64,000 bases of DNA, from the NCBI GenBank assembly GCA_026388665.1, contig JAPLJJ010000052.1:1780-65779 (forward strand). The letters are read 5' to 3'. The notes under the pieces were generated by a model. It worked only from the letters and a program-made list of their open reading frames with translations, did no database searches and was not told the origin of the DNA. Positions within the stretch are counted from its first letter, which is position 1, and every line of letters starts with the position of its first letter. Position numbers and translations under genes: made by a program. This DNA comes from Deltaproteobacteria bacterium. GTDB lineage: Bacteria; Desulfobacterota; Desulfomonilia; Desulfomonilales; Desulfomonilaceae. This document shows positions 9,093-19,100 of this stretch, piece after piece.

Positions 9093-10043
9093 TTACTTCT
9101 CGCTTTTTTTTTCGCAAAGCTTCAAGAGTTTATTCCATCTCTCAGTTATCTTATCCTGAATTTCCGCTGTCAGATGTTCATCAAGATGCCTGTACCGCCC
9201 CTGACCTTTAAAATATTCAGACACGGGCTTCAGTTCTTTTGGTTTCCGGTTGAGTTTCCACACACCGTTTTCGACCTCATAGAGCGGAAACACCCCGGTA
9301 TCAACCGCTAGCTGCCCGTATTCGATCGCTTTGTTAGGGGGAACTCTCCAACCGGTGGGGCAAACGGACAAGATATGAATGTATGACGGCCCGTTCACTT
9401 CCTTTGCCTTTTGAATCTTTTTCTGGAGATCAGCAAAGAAAGTTGGGCACGCTGTCGCGGTATACGGTATTCCATGAGCGGCCGCTATCGCAACCATGTC
9501 CTTTTTTGCGGTCATTTGACCGGCAGGTTGTCGTTTTCCGGCCGGAGTTGTAGTTGTCGTGGCGCCAAAAGGTGTGGATGAAGACCTCTGAACACCCGTG
9601 TTCATATAGGCTTCATTGTCCACACACACGTATATCACTTTGTGACCACGCTCCATCATTCCTGATAAGGCCTGAAAACCGATATCCGTAGTTCCTCCAT
9701 CGCCTCCCATTGCCACTATTGTGACGTCCTTGTCAGGGACCCGACCTTTTCGGCGCAAGGCTTTGAGCCCGGATTCCACGCCTGATGCAACCGCAGCGGC
9801 ATTCTCGAACGCTATGTGAATCCATGGCACGTTCCATGAAGTCAGGGGGTAGGGTGAGGAAATTATCTCCATGCATCCCGTAGCCATGGCCATGATCATG
9901 TCGGGTCCGATGGCCTTTAACACATGTCTGACTGCGAGAACCTCGGCGCAGCCCTGGCAAGCGCGATGCCCGGAACTTATGTATTCTTCCATCGCGAAAT
10001 TCTTTATCGGTTTAATGACCTTCTTTTTTTCAGTCTCAGCCAT
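9093..10043 (-). CDS. porB: 2-oxoacid:ferredoxin oxidoreductase, beta (TPP-binding) subunit
   Basis: ACQGCAEVLAVRH and GGDGGTTDIGFQALSGMMERGHKVIYVCVDNEAYMNTG (TPP motif). The start is placed at ATG 10043, preceded by GGAGAA. Confidence 0.85.
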   Translation of the reverse strand: MAETEKKKVIKPIKNFAMEEYISSGHRACQGCAEVLAVRHVLKAIGPDMIMAMATGCMEIISSPYPLTSWNVPWIHIAFENAAAVASGVESGLKALRRKGRVPDKDVTIVAMGGDGGTTDIGFQALSGMMERGHKVIYVCVDNEAYMNTGVQRSSSTPFGATTTTTPAGKRQPAGQMTAKKDMVAIAAAHGIPYTATACPTFFADLQKKIQKAKEVNGPSYIHILSVCPTGWRVPPNKAIEYGQLAVDTGVFPLYEVENGVWKLNRKPKELKPVSEYFKGQGRYRHLDEHLTAEIQDKITERWNKLLKLCEKKSEK

Positions 10044-10066
10044 ATCGTTCTCCAATCAGGCGGCGG

Positions 10067-11230
10067 TCAACCTCGCACACCAAAAATGTTGTATCCGTGA
10101 TTCTTGTCTGCCAGAGCATTCTGAACCATTCTGGTTATGTCGTCCGGAGTAACATCTCTACCGCCCAACCCTGCGATAGTGTTGTAAACATTGGGCCTAT
10201 TGGGTTCGTGATACATAATGGATCTAATTTCAGACGTCACTGGAGCATTCGCAGCTCCGAAAGAGACGGCGCGATCCAACACCAACACGTTCTTGGCTCC
10301 CGATAGCGCTTTTTTGATGTCATCCACCGGGAGTGGCCTCCACAATCTTAATTTCACGAGACCAACTTTCTTGCCTTGTTCCCGCATCTGATCGACTGCC
10401 ATAGAAGCTGTCTCACAGATTGATCCCATTGCTAAAATAATTGTTTCAGCGCCTTCCGTTCTGTAGAGTTCAACCGGTGAATATTTTCTTCCAGTCAGTT
10501 GCGCCAACTCGTCCCAACCCTGTTTAATTACTGGGAAAGAGTTCCAGAGAGCTTTGTCCTGAGACATTTTAGCCTCAGCGTAGATCTCCGGCATTCCAAA
10601 GGCCCCCATTGTTACGACCTTATCAGGGTCCAACCTATGAAGCGGTTTGAATGGAGGAAGATATTTTTGAACCATTTCTTTTGTCCAAAATTCGATTGGC
10701 TCTATAACATGAGTCAGGTTGAAACCATCTACATTGATCATTACCGGTAACGACACTGTGGGGTCTTCCGCGATTCTGAACGCGTGGAAGATAGAATCAT
10801 ATACCTCTTGTCCATTTTCACAGAAAATCTGAATCCAGCCGGAATCCCTCACCATCATTGTATCGGAATGATCATTCCATATAGATAATGGAGCGCTGAG
10901 GGCGCGATTCGCCAAAAACATGACGATTGGAAATCTCATAGATGAGGCTATGAAAACAATTTCCGCCATGAGAGCCAATCCCTGAGATGATGTTGCTGTG
11001 AAAGTCCTGGCTCCAGCGGCCGAGGACCCACAACAAACACTCATAGCCGAATGTTCGGACTCCACAGGCACAAATTCCGCATCAAGCTTACCAGAGGCGC
11101 ATAATTCCGCTAAGTGCTCCACAACATGAGTTTGAGGGGTTATAGGATAGGCCGCTACAACATCAACATCACAAAGACCAACTGCATCGGAGGCAGCGAT
11201 TGAAACCTCTATACCTACTTTTTGGCCCAT
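10067..11230 (-). CDS. porA: 2-oxoacid:ferredoxin oxidoreductase, alpha subunit
   Basis: VAAYPITPQTHVVE and VESEHSAMSVCCGSSAAGARTFTATSSQGL blocks. The start is placed at ATG 11230 (MGQKVG) after GGAGGAGG, which avoids a 37-nt overlap with porD. Confidence 0.85.
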   Translation of the reverse strand: MGQKVGIEVSIAASDAVGLCDVDVVAAYPITPQTHVVEHLAELCASGKLDAEFVPVESEHSAMSVCCGSSAAGARTFTATSSQGLALMAEIVFIASSMRFPIVMFLANRALSAPLSIWNDHSDTMMVRDSGWIQIFCENGQEVYDSIFHAFRIAEDPTVSLPVMINVDGFNLTHVIEPIEFWTKEMVQKYLPPFKPLHRLDPDKVVTMGAFGMPEIYAEAKMSQDKALWNSFPVIKQGWDELAQLTGRKYSPVELYRTEGAETIILAMGSICETASMAVDQMREQGKKVGLVKLRLWRPLPVDDIKKALSGAKNVLVLDRAVSFGAANAPVTSEIRSIMYHEPNRPNVYNTIAGLGGRDVTPDDITRMVQNALADKNHGYNIFGVRG

Positions 11231-11232
11231 CT

Positions 11233-11523
11233 CTAGTCCTCCTCCATAGTTATGGCATTGACTGGGCATTCATGAGCGCAAATGCCGCACCCTTTACAAT
11301 AATCGTAATTCCAAACGAAAAGATTTTTGTCGAAATTCGGGGAAATTGCAGCATCAGGACACATCACAAAACATCTCCAGCAACGAATACACAAATTTTC
11401 ATCATAGTTGGGTTTTTGTGAACGCCATGTTCCCGTATGGTAACAAGACGCGTTTCCCGGTTCAGTTATAACGGCGCCGGCTTCTATCTCCTGCCAGCTT
11501 ATTTGTTCCATGGGTTTAGTCAC
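11233..11523 (-). CDS. porD: 2-oxoacid:ferredoxin oxidoreductase, delta (2x[4Fe-4S] ferredoxin) subunit
   Basis: CIRCWRCFVMCP and CKGCGICAHECP. I prefer the GTG at 11523 because it sits 5 nt after AGGGAGG. The ATG at 11547 has no Shine-Dalgarno. Confidence 0.8.
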   Translation of the reverse strand: MTKPMEQISWQEIEAGAVITEPGNASCYHTGTWRSQKPNYDENLCIRCWRCFVMCPDAAISPNFDKNLFVWNYDYCKGCGICAHECPVNAITMEED

Positions 11524-11587
11524 AATTGCCTCCCTTAGTAGACGCATAGCTTCGATTCATGTTTAGTTTCATTGAATCTACCGTCAA

Positions 11588-12139
11588 TTACTGTTCGTAA
11601 ATCTTCGTTTCCTCAAAAGCTCTTTTCATAGCCTCAATATTTCTGGCAGCAATCTTACCAAAACGTCTTTTAAAAGGTTCAATCAAAGAATCTACAGTGA
11701 CAGCCTCGGTAGCTTTGACAAGAGCGCCAATCATGGTTGTGTTGGTTATGGGTAGGCCAATGACTTCTCTAGCGATTTTCGTCGCGTCAGTCACAGCCAG
11801 GCGCCCTTTAAAAGAAATCTGTTTTCTAATAGCCTCAGGCCCCTCAGCGGAATTGATAACAAGAATTCCATCCTTACTAAGACCCTCGGTCGGATTTGCG
11901 ATTTCGAGCAACGAGGGATCCAGAACAATAACAACATCAGGATTATAAACCTTTGATCTTATACGAACCGGCTTCTCATCCAGACGAGCAAAAGCTACAA
12001 CCGGGGCCCCTCGACGTTCAGGACCGAAACTTGGGAAAGCCGTCGCGAATTTTCCAGTGTCGATAGCAGCCTGGGCAACTAATTCGGCGGACGTTACCGC
12101 GCCCTGTCCCCCTCTGCCATGGAATCTCATCTCGATCAT
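11588..12139 (-). CDS. porG: 2-oxoacid:ferredoxin oxidoreductase, gamma subunit
   Basis: IEMRFHGRGGQGAVTSAELVAQAA and SFGPERRGAPV blocks, with AAGGAG upstream. The gamma-delta-alpha-beta order matches four-subunit POR/VOR enzymes. Substrate (pyruvate, isovalerate or other) is not decidable by eye. Confidence 0.85.
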   Translation of the reverse strand: MIEMRFHGRGGQGAVTSAELVAQAAIDTGKFATAFPSFGPERRGAPVVAFARLDEKPVRIRSKVYNPDVVIVLDPSLLEIANPTEGLSKDGILVINSAEGPEAIRKQISFKGRLAVTDATKIAREVIGLPITNTTMIGALVKATEAVTVDSLIEPFKRRFGKIAARNIEAMKRAFEETKIYEQ

Positions 12140-12151
12140 AATTTCTCCTTC

Positions 12152-12556
12152 TTAATCAAACTCAGGCTCTTCTCGAAGTTGCGCTTCTCTTACATCAGAA
12201 TACTTAAATTGGTCATTTAGAATTTCAATACAACTTATTATATTTAATTTAGCCTGTGATAACTCCAATATCTCAGAGCTTAACAACTCTTTCTTTTGAA
12301 GATAGGTTTCTATCCTATCGTTTAGCAGATTCAAGTGCCTCATATCTATTTTGAAGAAATCTTCCTCACCAGAATCCGAGTCATTAGGATCCGTTATCGT
12401 TTGAACTAATTTGAGATCCCATTCATCGTTTTTTTTCCAGCGAGCGATAGTGGCAGGATGCACCCCCAATTTTTTTGCCATTTCTTTATTGGTAATTCTT
12501 CCGCGATCTTTTAGGAATGTTTTTTCTGCATTCTTGCGATCCTGGTTTTTTTTCAT
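12152..12556 (-). CDS. small HTH protein resembling phage terminase small subunit / YjcR (Terminase_5-like)
   Basis: ITNKEMAKKLGVHPATIARWKKNDEWD is the HTH signature I associate with PBSX/YjcR-type terminase small subunits. The C-terminal half is a predicted coiled coil. It ends 12 nt before porG. Confidence 0.55.
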   Translation of the reverse strand: MKKNQDRKNAEKTFLKDRGRITNKEMAKKLGVHPATIARWKKNDEWDLKLVQTITDPNDSDSGEEDFFKIDMRHLNLLNDRIETYLQKKELLSSEILELSQAKLNIISCIEILNDQFKYSDVREAQLREEPEFD

Positions 12557-12763
12557 ATTGGCTCCACAAGCCTGTGTTCAGCCTTAATTTTATTCGCGAA
12601 ATGTTAATTATTATCAAAGAACCGGGTATTCGATCAATCAATAATATTTTATATTTGAGCAATATATGGATTTTCAGGTTTTAGCCAGACAATCGTTTGT
12701 GTTTTTTTGTGTTCTCATGACAAAATATCGCTCAATTTTTTGTTACAGGTTGATCAAATCTCC

Positions 12764-14593
12764 ATGTCAATAGATGAGACTTTTCTCAAGAACCTTCCTA
12801 CCGGTCCAGGCGTGTACATTATGGAAGACCGGCAAGGAAAAGTTATTTACGTCGGCAAGGCCGCAAACATTAGGAATCGCGTTAGAAATTATTTTTCAAA
12901 GGGTGGAGACGAACGGCTAAAAGTAAGGTTACTCGTTCAACGGATCGCAAACATAAAAACTATCTTGACTGAAACGGAAAAGGAAGCGCTCCTCCTTGAG
13001 AACAATCTCATCAAAGAACATAGACCGAAATACAATGTTAATTTAAGAGACGACAAGTCTTTCTTTTCCCTCAGATTGAACGTGTCACACACTTACCCCC
13101 GCCTAACATTGATCAGGACCCAGAAGATCAAAATCAATGGCGCCAAGTATTTCGGTCCGTACTCTTCGGCGCGTGACGCACGGATCACACTGAACCTTAT
13201 TCGTAGGATATTTCCCCTTAGACAATGTTCGGATCGCCAGATCGCTCGAGTGAAGCGACCCTGCCTTAACTGTCAAATGAATCGATGCCTGTGTCCGTGC
13301 GCGGGGACGGTGGATCCAAAAGAATACCGCAGAATGGTTGAAAATGTTTCCCTCCTCCTGGAAGGCAGGAATGAGGAATTAATAAAAACCCTAAAGAGGG
13401 AAATGCTGGATGCTTCTGAGAACCTGCGATTCGAGGAGGCTGCCCGAATAAGAGACAGGCTTTACGCCGTTGATCGGACTCTGCAAAAACAAAATGTCTC
13501 TTTTTTCCACTTTAAGGATCAAGATGTTGTCGCTGTCTTGGAAGACCCTCCGGATACCTATGTTGTTGAAATTTTGTCATTTAGAAGAGGAAATCTTCTG
13601 GCTGAGGAATCCTATATAGTGAAAAATTCCACACTTGAGCCAAATGAGATTTTAACTTCTGCAATCAAACAATTTTATCATAACGCCGTTTTGATTCCTG
13701 CGGAAGTTCTTGTGCCTATGAGCTTGGAACGTCAGGAAGTTATAGAATCATGGCTATCCGATATGCGAGGGGCAAAGGTAAATATCAGAGTGGCCCTTAG
13801 AGGACCAGGCGCTCTACTGATTCGGTTGGCGTTAAAAAATGCTGAAATGGCGCTAGAAAGGGGAAAACAGAAAAGCCTCGCGGACAATGCGTTGGACGAA
13901 CTCTCGGTGAAATTGAAAATAGACTCATCCCTTAAATTGATTGAATGTTACGATATCTCTAATATTAGTGGTGTCGAACCGGTCGGAGTGAAAGTCGCCT
14001 TTCTGGACGGGGTACCGTTTAAATCCCTATATCGAAAATTCAAGATACGTAACTTCGAAAATCAAGATGATCCAGGAATGCTTAATCAGGTAATTTCAAG
14101 GCGAATCAAACACTTGGCGGAAGATCCATTAGGAGATCTATTGATTATTGATGGAGGCAAATCTCAATTAAACGCCGCTGTAGCGGCTTTACAGGAGGTA
14201 GATCCTGATCATCGGCCTCCGGTAATTTCGATCGCGAAAGCTCAATCCCAGGATGACACTGACAGAATATATGCTCCCAACAGGAAAAACCCTCTTTCAT
14301 TTTCTAAAGGGGACGCATGTCTCTTGACAATTATGAGGATTCGCGACGAAGCGCACAGGTATGCTCTTTCATTCCACACGGGTAGGAGGGCAAAAACAGT
14401 CATTCGTTCAAATCTGGACAACATAGCGGGAATTGGACCAAAAAAACGAAATGTTTTGCTAAAAACCCTTGGGAGCCTTAAGGGAGTTTTAGAAGCAACG
14501 GACGATCAACTTCTAGGGCTATCAAGTATAACTTCTAAAGACATTCAAAGGATCAGGGAATGTTTTAAAGACTTTGATTTCACGGAATCGTGA
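12764..14593 (+). CDS. uvrC: excinuclease ABC subunit C
   Basis: GIY-YIG (GPGVYIMEDRQGKVIYVGKAANIRNRVRNYF), UVR domain (LRFEEAARIRDR), RNase H-like endonuclease region (IECYDISN) and a C-terminal HhH (IAGIGPKKRNVLL). The start is placed at ATG 12764; the track starts at TTG 12707. Confidence 0.95.
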   Translation: MSIDETFLKNLPTGPGVYIMEDRQGKVIYVGKAANIRNRVRNYFSKGGDERLKVRLLVQRIANIKTILTETEKEALLLENNLIKEHRPKYNVNLRDDKSFFSLRLNVSHTYPRLTLIRTQKIKINGAKYFGPYSSARDARITLNLIRRIFPLRQCSDRQIARVKRPCLNCQMNRCLCPCAGTVDPKEYRRMVENVSLLLEGRNEELIKTLKREMLDASENLRFEEAARIRDRLYAVDRTLQKQNVSFFHFKDQDVVAVLEDPPDTYVVEILSFRRGNLLAEESYIVKNSTLEPNEILTSAIKQFYHNAVLIPAEVLVPMSLERQEVIESWLSDMRGAKVNIRVALRGPGALLIRLALKNAEMALERGKQKSLADNALDELSVKLKIDSSLKLIECYDISNISGVEPVGVKVAFLDGVPFKSLYRKFKIRNFENQDDPGMLNQVISRRIKHLAEDPLGDLLIIDGGKSQLNAAVAALQEVDPDHRPPVISIAKAQSQDDTDRIYAPNRKNPLSFSKGDACLLTIMRIRDEAHRYALSFHTGRRAKTVIRSNLDNIAGIGPKKRNVLLKTLGSLKGVLEATDDQLLGLSSITSKDIQRIRECFKDFDFTES

Positions 14594-14703
14594 GCAAATA
14601 TGCCAGAAATTATGGATAGTATTCTGAATACTCTTCCCAATTTTTGAATTGTGATTTATCCTTCGCGGTAACGAAAAATTGAATTTACCAGGAGACAAAT
14701 ACG

Positions 14704-15642
14704 TTGAGAATTCTACTAGCTGAGGACGACCTCATAACGAGGCGCCTTCTCGAGGCTCAACTGAAAAACTGGGGGCACGATCTTGTCGTGTGCTCTGACG
14801 GGCAACAGGCATGGGAAGAATTAAAACGCGAAACGTCTCCGAAGCTTGTAGTGCTGGATTGGATGATGCCCGGCATGGATGGCCTTACACTCAGCCGGGA
14901 AATACGGAAACTGGAAACCAAACCTTATACCTATATAATCTTATTGACCGCAAAAAGCAGAAAAGAAGACGTTATAGAAGGCCTGGAAGCAGGCGCCGAT
15001 GATTACATCACAAAACCTTTCGATCCACAGGAACTTCGTGTAAGAATAAGAGCCGCTACCAGGATTGTTCAACTCCAGGAAGAACTATTGGCGGCTTTGA
15101 GGGCTTCCGAGTTTCAGGCCACTCATGACTCCCTTACAGGCCTTTGGAATAGATACGCAATACTTGGGATTCTTCAGAAGGAATTGTCAAGATCAGATCG
15201 TGAACATTTGTCAATTGCGGTCATCATGGCGGACGTGGATCACTTCAAGAAAATTAACGATACTTATGGTCATCTTGCAGGCGATGAAGTGTTAAGACAA
15301 ACTGCCGGTAGAATTGTCTCATCGCTAAGACCTTATGATTCTGTTGGACGGTATGGTGGCGAAGAATTCCTCATGGTCATGCCGAGTTGCAGTACCACCA
15401 ACGCCCTGAATATCGCTGAACGATTAAGATCAACATTTGAGAAAAACCCTATTAGTAACGCTGAAGGAACTTTCCCCGTAACTCTGAGTTTTGGCTTGGT
15501 CGTGGTAAACGGAAAAGATTGTCAAAACACTGACATTATTATTGGCCGGGCTGATGAATCGCTTTACAAGGCAAAAAATTCAGGACGAAATCGAGTAGAA
15601 TTTGGAGGGGAAATCCCCTCTCACTGTTCAGATTGCGCCTAG
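14704..15642 (+). CDS. response regulator receiver + GGDEF diguanylate cyclase
   Basis: REC domain (ILLAEDD, VLDWMMPGMDG, KPF). The GGDEF domain has an intact GGEEF, an RPYD (RxxD) I-site five residues upstream, and NDTYGH. Confidence 0.9.
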   Translation: MRILLAEDDLITRRLLEAQLKNWGHDLVVCSDGQQAWEELKRETSPKLVVLDWMMPGMDGLTLSREIRKLETKPYTYIILLTAKSRKEDVIEGLEAGADDYITKPFDPQELRVRIRAATRIVQLQEELLAALRASEFQATHDSLTGLWNRYAILGILQKELSRSDREHLSIAVIMADVDHFKKINDTYGHLAGDEVLRQTAGRIVSSLRPYDSVGRYGGEEFLMVMPSCSTTNALNIAERLRSTFEKNPISNAEGTFPVTLSFGLVVVNGKDCQNTDIIIGRADESLYKAKNSGRNRVEFGGEIPSHCSDCA

Positions 15643-15689
15643 CCTCCCTTGACACGCTCCATTTATCTCGGAGCGAACTAAACTAATTA

Positions 15690-16472
15690 TCAAACCGATT
15701 TTTCGAGACTATCCACAAATTCTTGGATAGCCGCATTGAACTCATCCGGTTTTTCCATCATCACAAGGTGACCTGCGCCTGGGATTGTCACCAAACTTGA
15801 TGGCTTTATTTTCTCGCTCAAGTATTTGGAATATTTTACCGGTGTAAGCGCATCTTCTGCACCGACTACAACGAGAGTTGGGACACAAATTTCTTGAAGT
15901 CGATTCATGACATCAAATTTGTCACACGCGCTAAGATCTCCATGAATAGTCATTGGATCAGATTTTCCATATTTTTCTCTGATCGTGTTTCTTAATAGAT
16001 CCGGACTTGAATTTGACAAACAATAGTCGGCCAAGGTTTGCAATGTTTTTGAAGGCTCTTTAATGAGTCCTTCGAGTATAAAAGGATGGACCCGAAGTCT
16101 GGCTCCCGAGCCAATTAGCCCGACGCCAAATAACCAGGGCTTGTGGCCAAAGGCTATCCACTGTGTGATAGCGCTACCAAGCGAACAGCCCACAAGTACG
16201 ACTCTCTTTAGCCCAAGTGTCTCGACAAACCCTTTGACCCATTCCGCATAGGCCGAAACGGTTGTTTCGCCGGGTGGGTCTGATATGCCGTGACCCGGAA
16301 GTTCCATGGCTATGACAGACCCAGGAACAGAGAGATCGTCAAGTTGACTACGCCAGTCATCTCTATCCCCGCCAGTTCCATGAACGAACAATATGACCGT
16401 CTTGGTGACGTCGAAGTCCGCAGGGTTGGATTCATGTCCGATTCGCCGACCCCGGACAAATAACTCAGGCAT
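15690..16472 (-). CDS. alpha/beta-fold hydrolase
   Basis: HGTGGD oxyanion region, nucleophile elbow GCSLG, and a late PGAGHLVMMEKPDEF His block. Confidence 0.8.
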   Translation of the reverse strand: MPELFVRGRRIGHESNPADFDVTKTVILFVHGTGGDRDDWRSQLDDLSVPGSVIAMELPGHGISDPPGETTVSAYAEWVKGFVETLGLKRVVLVGCSLGSAITQWIAFGHKPWLFGVGLIGSGARLRVHPFILEGLIKEPSKTLQTLADYCLSNSSPDLLRNTIREKYGKSDPMTIHGDLSACDKFDVMNRLQEICVPTLVVVGAEDALTPVKYSKYLSEKIKPSSLVTIPGAGHLVMMEKPDEFNAAIQEFVDSLEKSV

Positions 16473-16553
16473 ACAGTAACCCTTCTCAGCCCTTTATTGA
16501 CTGTCGTTTATCATTGAACGCGTACACGTTGAGTCCTTGGTTAATAGACCAGA

Positions 16554-17804
16554 CTACTTGAGACTGATACCTTTCGGGACTACTACAACACCGCCGGGTG
16601 AAATGGTGAAACGCCGTTTATCGTCTTCCTGGTTGTAACCAATTGTGACTCCGTCAGGAATACTCACCTCATGATCAATGATAGCTCTTTTTACTTTGAC
16701 ATTCTTACCAATACGGCATTCGTCCAATAGCACGGCATCTTCAACTACGCTGCCCTCACCAACCACAACACTGTGAGAAAGAACCGATCGGACAATTTTC
16801 GCTCCCGATACCACACATCCCCCGGAAATTATGCAGTTTACAGTTTCCAGACCACCTGAGACAGAACAGTTAGAGCCATAAGAAGCGACAATTTTTGCCG
16901 GCGGAACCTGCTCCTGGTAGGTCCTGATAGGCCAATCCCGGTCGTAAAGGTTGCATAGAGGGGTTTCAGAACATAGGTCCATGTTTGCCTGCCAGTACGC
17001 GTCCAAAGTTCCAATATCTCTCCAATAGGCGTTGGATTCTTTGTTGGCCTCTCTGAAACTATGCACATATACTCTGTTAGACTTAATCATTTTATGGACT
17101 ATGTCTTTGCCGAAATCATGTGAAGAATTCGAGTCCTTGGCATCCCCAATCACATTCTTCACTAGAGCTTCCGTATCAAAAATGTAGACACCCATTGAGA
17201 CAAAAGACTTGTCTGGTTTGCCTGGAATAGTTTTCGGTTCGGCCGGCTTTTCTTCCCAGTCAACTATACGAAAATCATCGTCACAACCGATAACCCCAAA
17301 TCCCTTAGCTTCATCTTTCGGGGCTTCAACTCCAGCAACTGTCAGATCAGCCTGTTTTTCAATGTGAAAGGCCAACATATCATTGTAATTCATCTTGTAT
17401 ACGTGGTCACCGGAAAGTATCAAAACTCGTTTCGGGCGTTCTCTCTGAAGAATATAGATATTTTGATAGATGCTGTCCGCCGTTCCCCTGTACCAACGGT
17501 CAACATTCCTCTGTTGAGGCGGTACGCATTCAATAAATTCATCCAACTCATGATTAAAAATGTTCCATCCAAGTCGGATATGTCGATCCAAAGAAAGCGA
17601 ACGATACTGTGTCAAAACATAGATTCTTCTTATGTCCGAATTCAGGCAATTTGAGAGCGTAAAATCGACTATCCTGTAAATGCCTCCGAATCTGACGGAG
17701 GGTTTGGCTCTAGCTTTAGTCAAAGGATAGAGACGTTCGCCTTTCCCACCAGCCATCAATATGCATAGAGTGCCCCGCATTTCGTTCTTTAAGTTCATTT
17801 GCAC
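16554..17804 (-). CDS. glgC: glucose-1-phosphate adenylyltransferase
   Basis: ILMAGGKGERLYPLTKARAKPSVRFGGIYRIVDFTLSNCLNS, WYRGTADSIYQN and a C-terminal left-handed beta-helix. The exact start is uncertain (three in-frame Met within 9 codons). Confidence 0.9.
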   Translation of the reverse strand: MQMNLKNEMRGTLCILMAGGKGERLYPLTKARAKPSVRFGGIYRIVDFTLSNCLNSDIRRIYVLTQYRSLSLDRHIRLGWNIFNHELDEFIECVPPQQRNVDRWYRGTADSIYQNIYILQRERPKRVLILSGDHVYKMNYNDMLAFHIEKQADLTVAGVEAPKDEAKGFGVIGCDDDFRIVDWEEKPAEPKTIPGKPDKSFVSMGVYIFDTEALVKNVIGDAKDSNSSHDFGKDIVHKMIKSNRVYVHSFREANKESNAYWRDIGTLDAYWQANMDLCSETPLCNLYDRDWPIRTYQEQVPPAKIVASYGSNCSVSGGLETVNCIISGGCVVSGAKIVRSVLSHSVVVGEGSVVEDAVLLDECRIGKNVKVKRAIIDHEVSIPDGVTIGYNQEDDKRRFTISPGGVVVVPKGISLK

Positions 17805-18166
17805 AATAACCTTTTGATTTCGGCTTTGAGTTTCGATGTGTCGGAAGACTTAACAACGTACGCGTCTGCTCCCCATGTTGTGAAATCATCCTTGTAATGG
17901 CTGTAGGCTGTGTTGAGGATTATTGGGATCCCTTTGTCTTTTCCCAGAAGCTTTTCTAGTGTTTCAATGCCGTCCATTCCGGGCATTTGTATGTCCAACA
18001 CTATCAGGTCAGGCGGATTTCGATCCACTTGCTGTAGGGCTTCTGCTCCAGAGTGAGCCAGGGTTACGGAATACCCTTCTTCCTCGAGTTCCATTCTATA
18101 CAACTCACAAATGTGCATTTCATCATCAACGACAAGGATGCGTTTCATTTTCAGCCTCTCGCTCAA
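17795..18166 (-). CDS. single-domain CheY-like response regulator
   Basis: ILVVDDE, LIVLDIQMPGMDG, and a T/K pair in ILNTAY...VVKS. The stop overlaps the longest glgC ORF by 10 nt. Confidence 0.85.
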   Translation of the reverse strand: MSERLKMKRILVVDDEMHICELYRMELEEEGYSVTLAHSGAEALQQVDRNPPDLIVLDIQMPGMDGIETLEKLLGKDKGIPIILNTAYSHYKDDFTTWGADAYVVKSSDTSKLKAEIKRLLCK

Positions 18167-18273
18167 ACTTGAAACCCGATTAAAATGCTTTCAACTCGAT
18201 CACCAAGCGCTTCCAGGTCTTAAATTCAATCGTATCACAAAAAGTAAGGGAATTCCGTAGGCTCGAAACATTA

Positions 18274-18957
18274 TCAATATGTACCCTTGGTCAGAGACAG
18301 CTTTGCGTCATTCCGTATTTTTTCAGATAGTTCTCTTACACCTGCGTTTAGGGCTTTGACCAACGATTCCGGGTTCGTATCTGTGCTCGGAGTTTTTATC
18401 GTGTAGACCTTCTTTATCAGTTCTTTTTGCCCTACGGATTCAGGTTCAAAATCGATTAATTTAACTTCTGATTCAATCAAACTGGAACCGTTACCGTTAT
18501 TAATCTCTCCCTCGAATTTTCTTATAGTGCCCTCGAGCGCGTACCTATATGGCACGTTGCTTGTCTGATCCACGGCCTTTTGAAACAATCCTGAAGATTC
18601 TATATCTCGAGTGACCAGTTCGGTAACCATTTCAGATGGATCCTGAACCCATGCGTGGTGACTTACAGCCTTTGTTTTAGTTTTTGAATCGGAAATCAGA
18701 AGATAATGTGTATCAACGGAAGAATCCATTAAAAAACGATATACCATTATAGTATCAGAGATTGGGGATTCCCTATGCGGTTTCGGGGCAGGATAATTTA
18801 TTGCGTGAAAAACAACAGCTTCTTTGTTCCAAAACGCGCAACCGCAAAAAGCAATGGTAGACGCCAATAATAAAACAGCTATTATTCTATCTAGTATTTT
18901 CTTTCGCGCGGAAAATGTTATCTGATCTCGTTTTAGACTAACTTCAGCTTTAACCAT
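18274..18957 (-). CDS. putative ABC-transport auxiliary lipoprotein (Mla/Mce-associated)
   Basis: Signal/lipobox-like LLLASTIAFCGC. Its position directly downstream of an MlaD-like gene matches the auxiliary-lipoprotein context. I recognise no diagnostic motif beyond context. Confidence 0.45.
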   Translation of the reverse strand: MVKAEVSLKRDQITFSARKKILDRIIAVLLLASTIAFCGCAFWNKEAVVFHAINYPAPKPHRESPISDTIMVYRFLMDSSVDTHYLLISDSKTKTKAVSHHAWVQDPSEMVTELVTRDIESSGLFQKAVDQTSNVPYRYALEGTIRKFEGEINNGNGSSLIESEVKLIDFEPESVGQKELIKKVYTIKTPSTDTNPESLVKALNAGVRELSEKIRNDAKLSLTKGTY

Positions 18958-19100
18958 ACTTGGAACATAATCTCCAGGCTAGCCGAGCGAGAAAAAATTT
19001 TGACCTGCTAAACAAATCCCGATCACGTTATGTTTATAGGCTAAGATCAACTAAAATAGAACAACTACTTGATTGATCCTAAATTAGAGAAAACCCCTTT

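Noticed and set aside
12152-12556. The terminase small-subunit-like gene as evidence for a prophage.
   Set aside because: No large terminase, portal, capsid, integrase or att-like repeats occur anywhere in the 64 kb. The neighbours are por and uvrC.
15655-15675. Small hairpin (CGCTCC-atttatct-GGAGCG) between the convergent GGDEF and hydrolase genes, considered as a terminator.
   Set aside because: It has only a 6-bp stem and no flanking T/A tracts, which is too weak to call.
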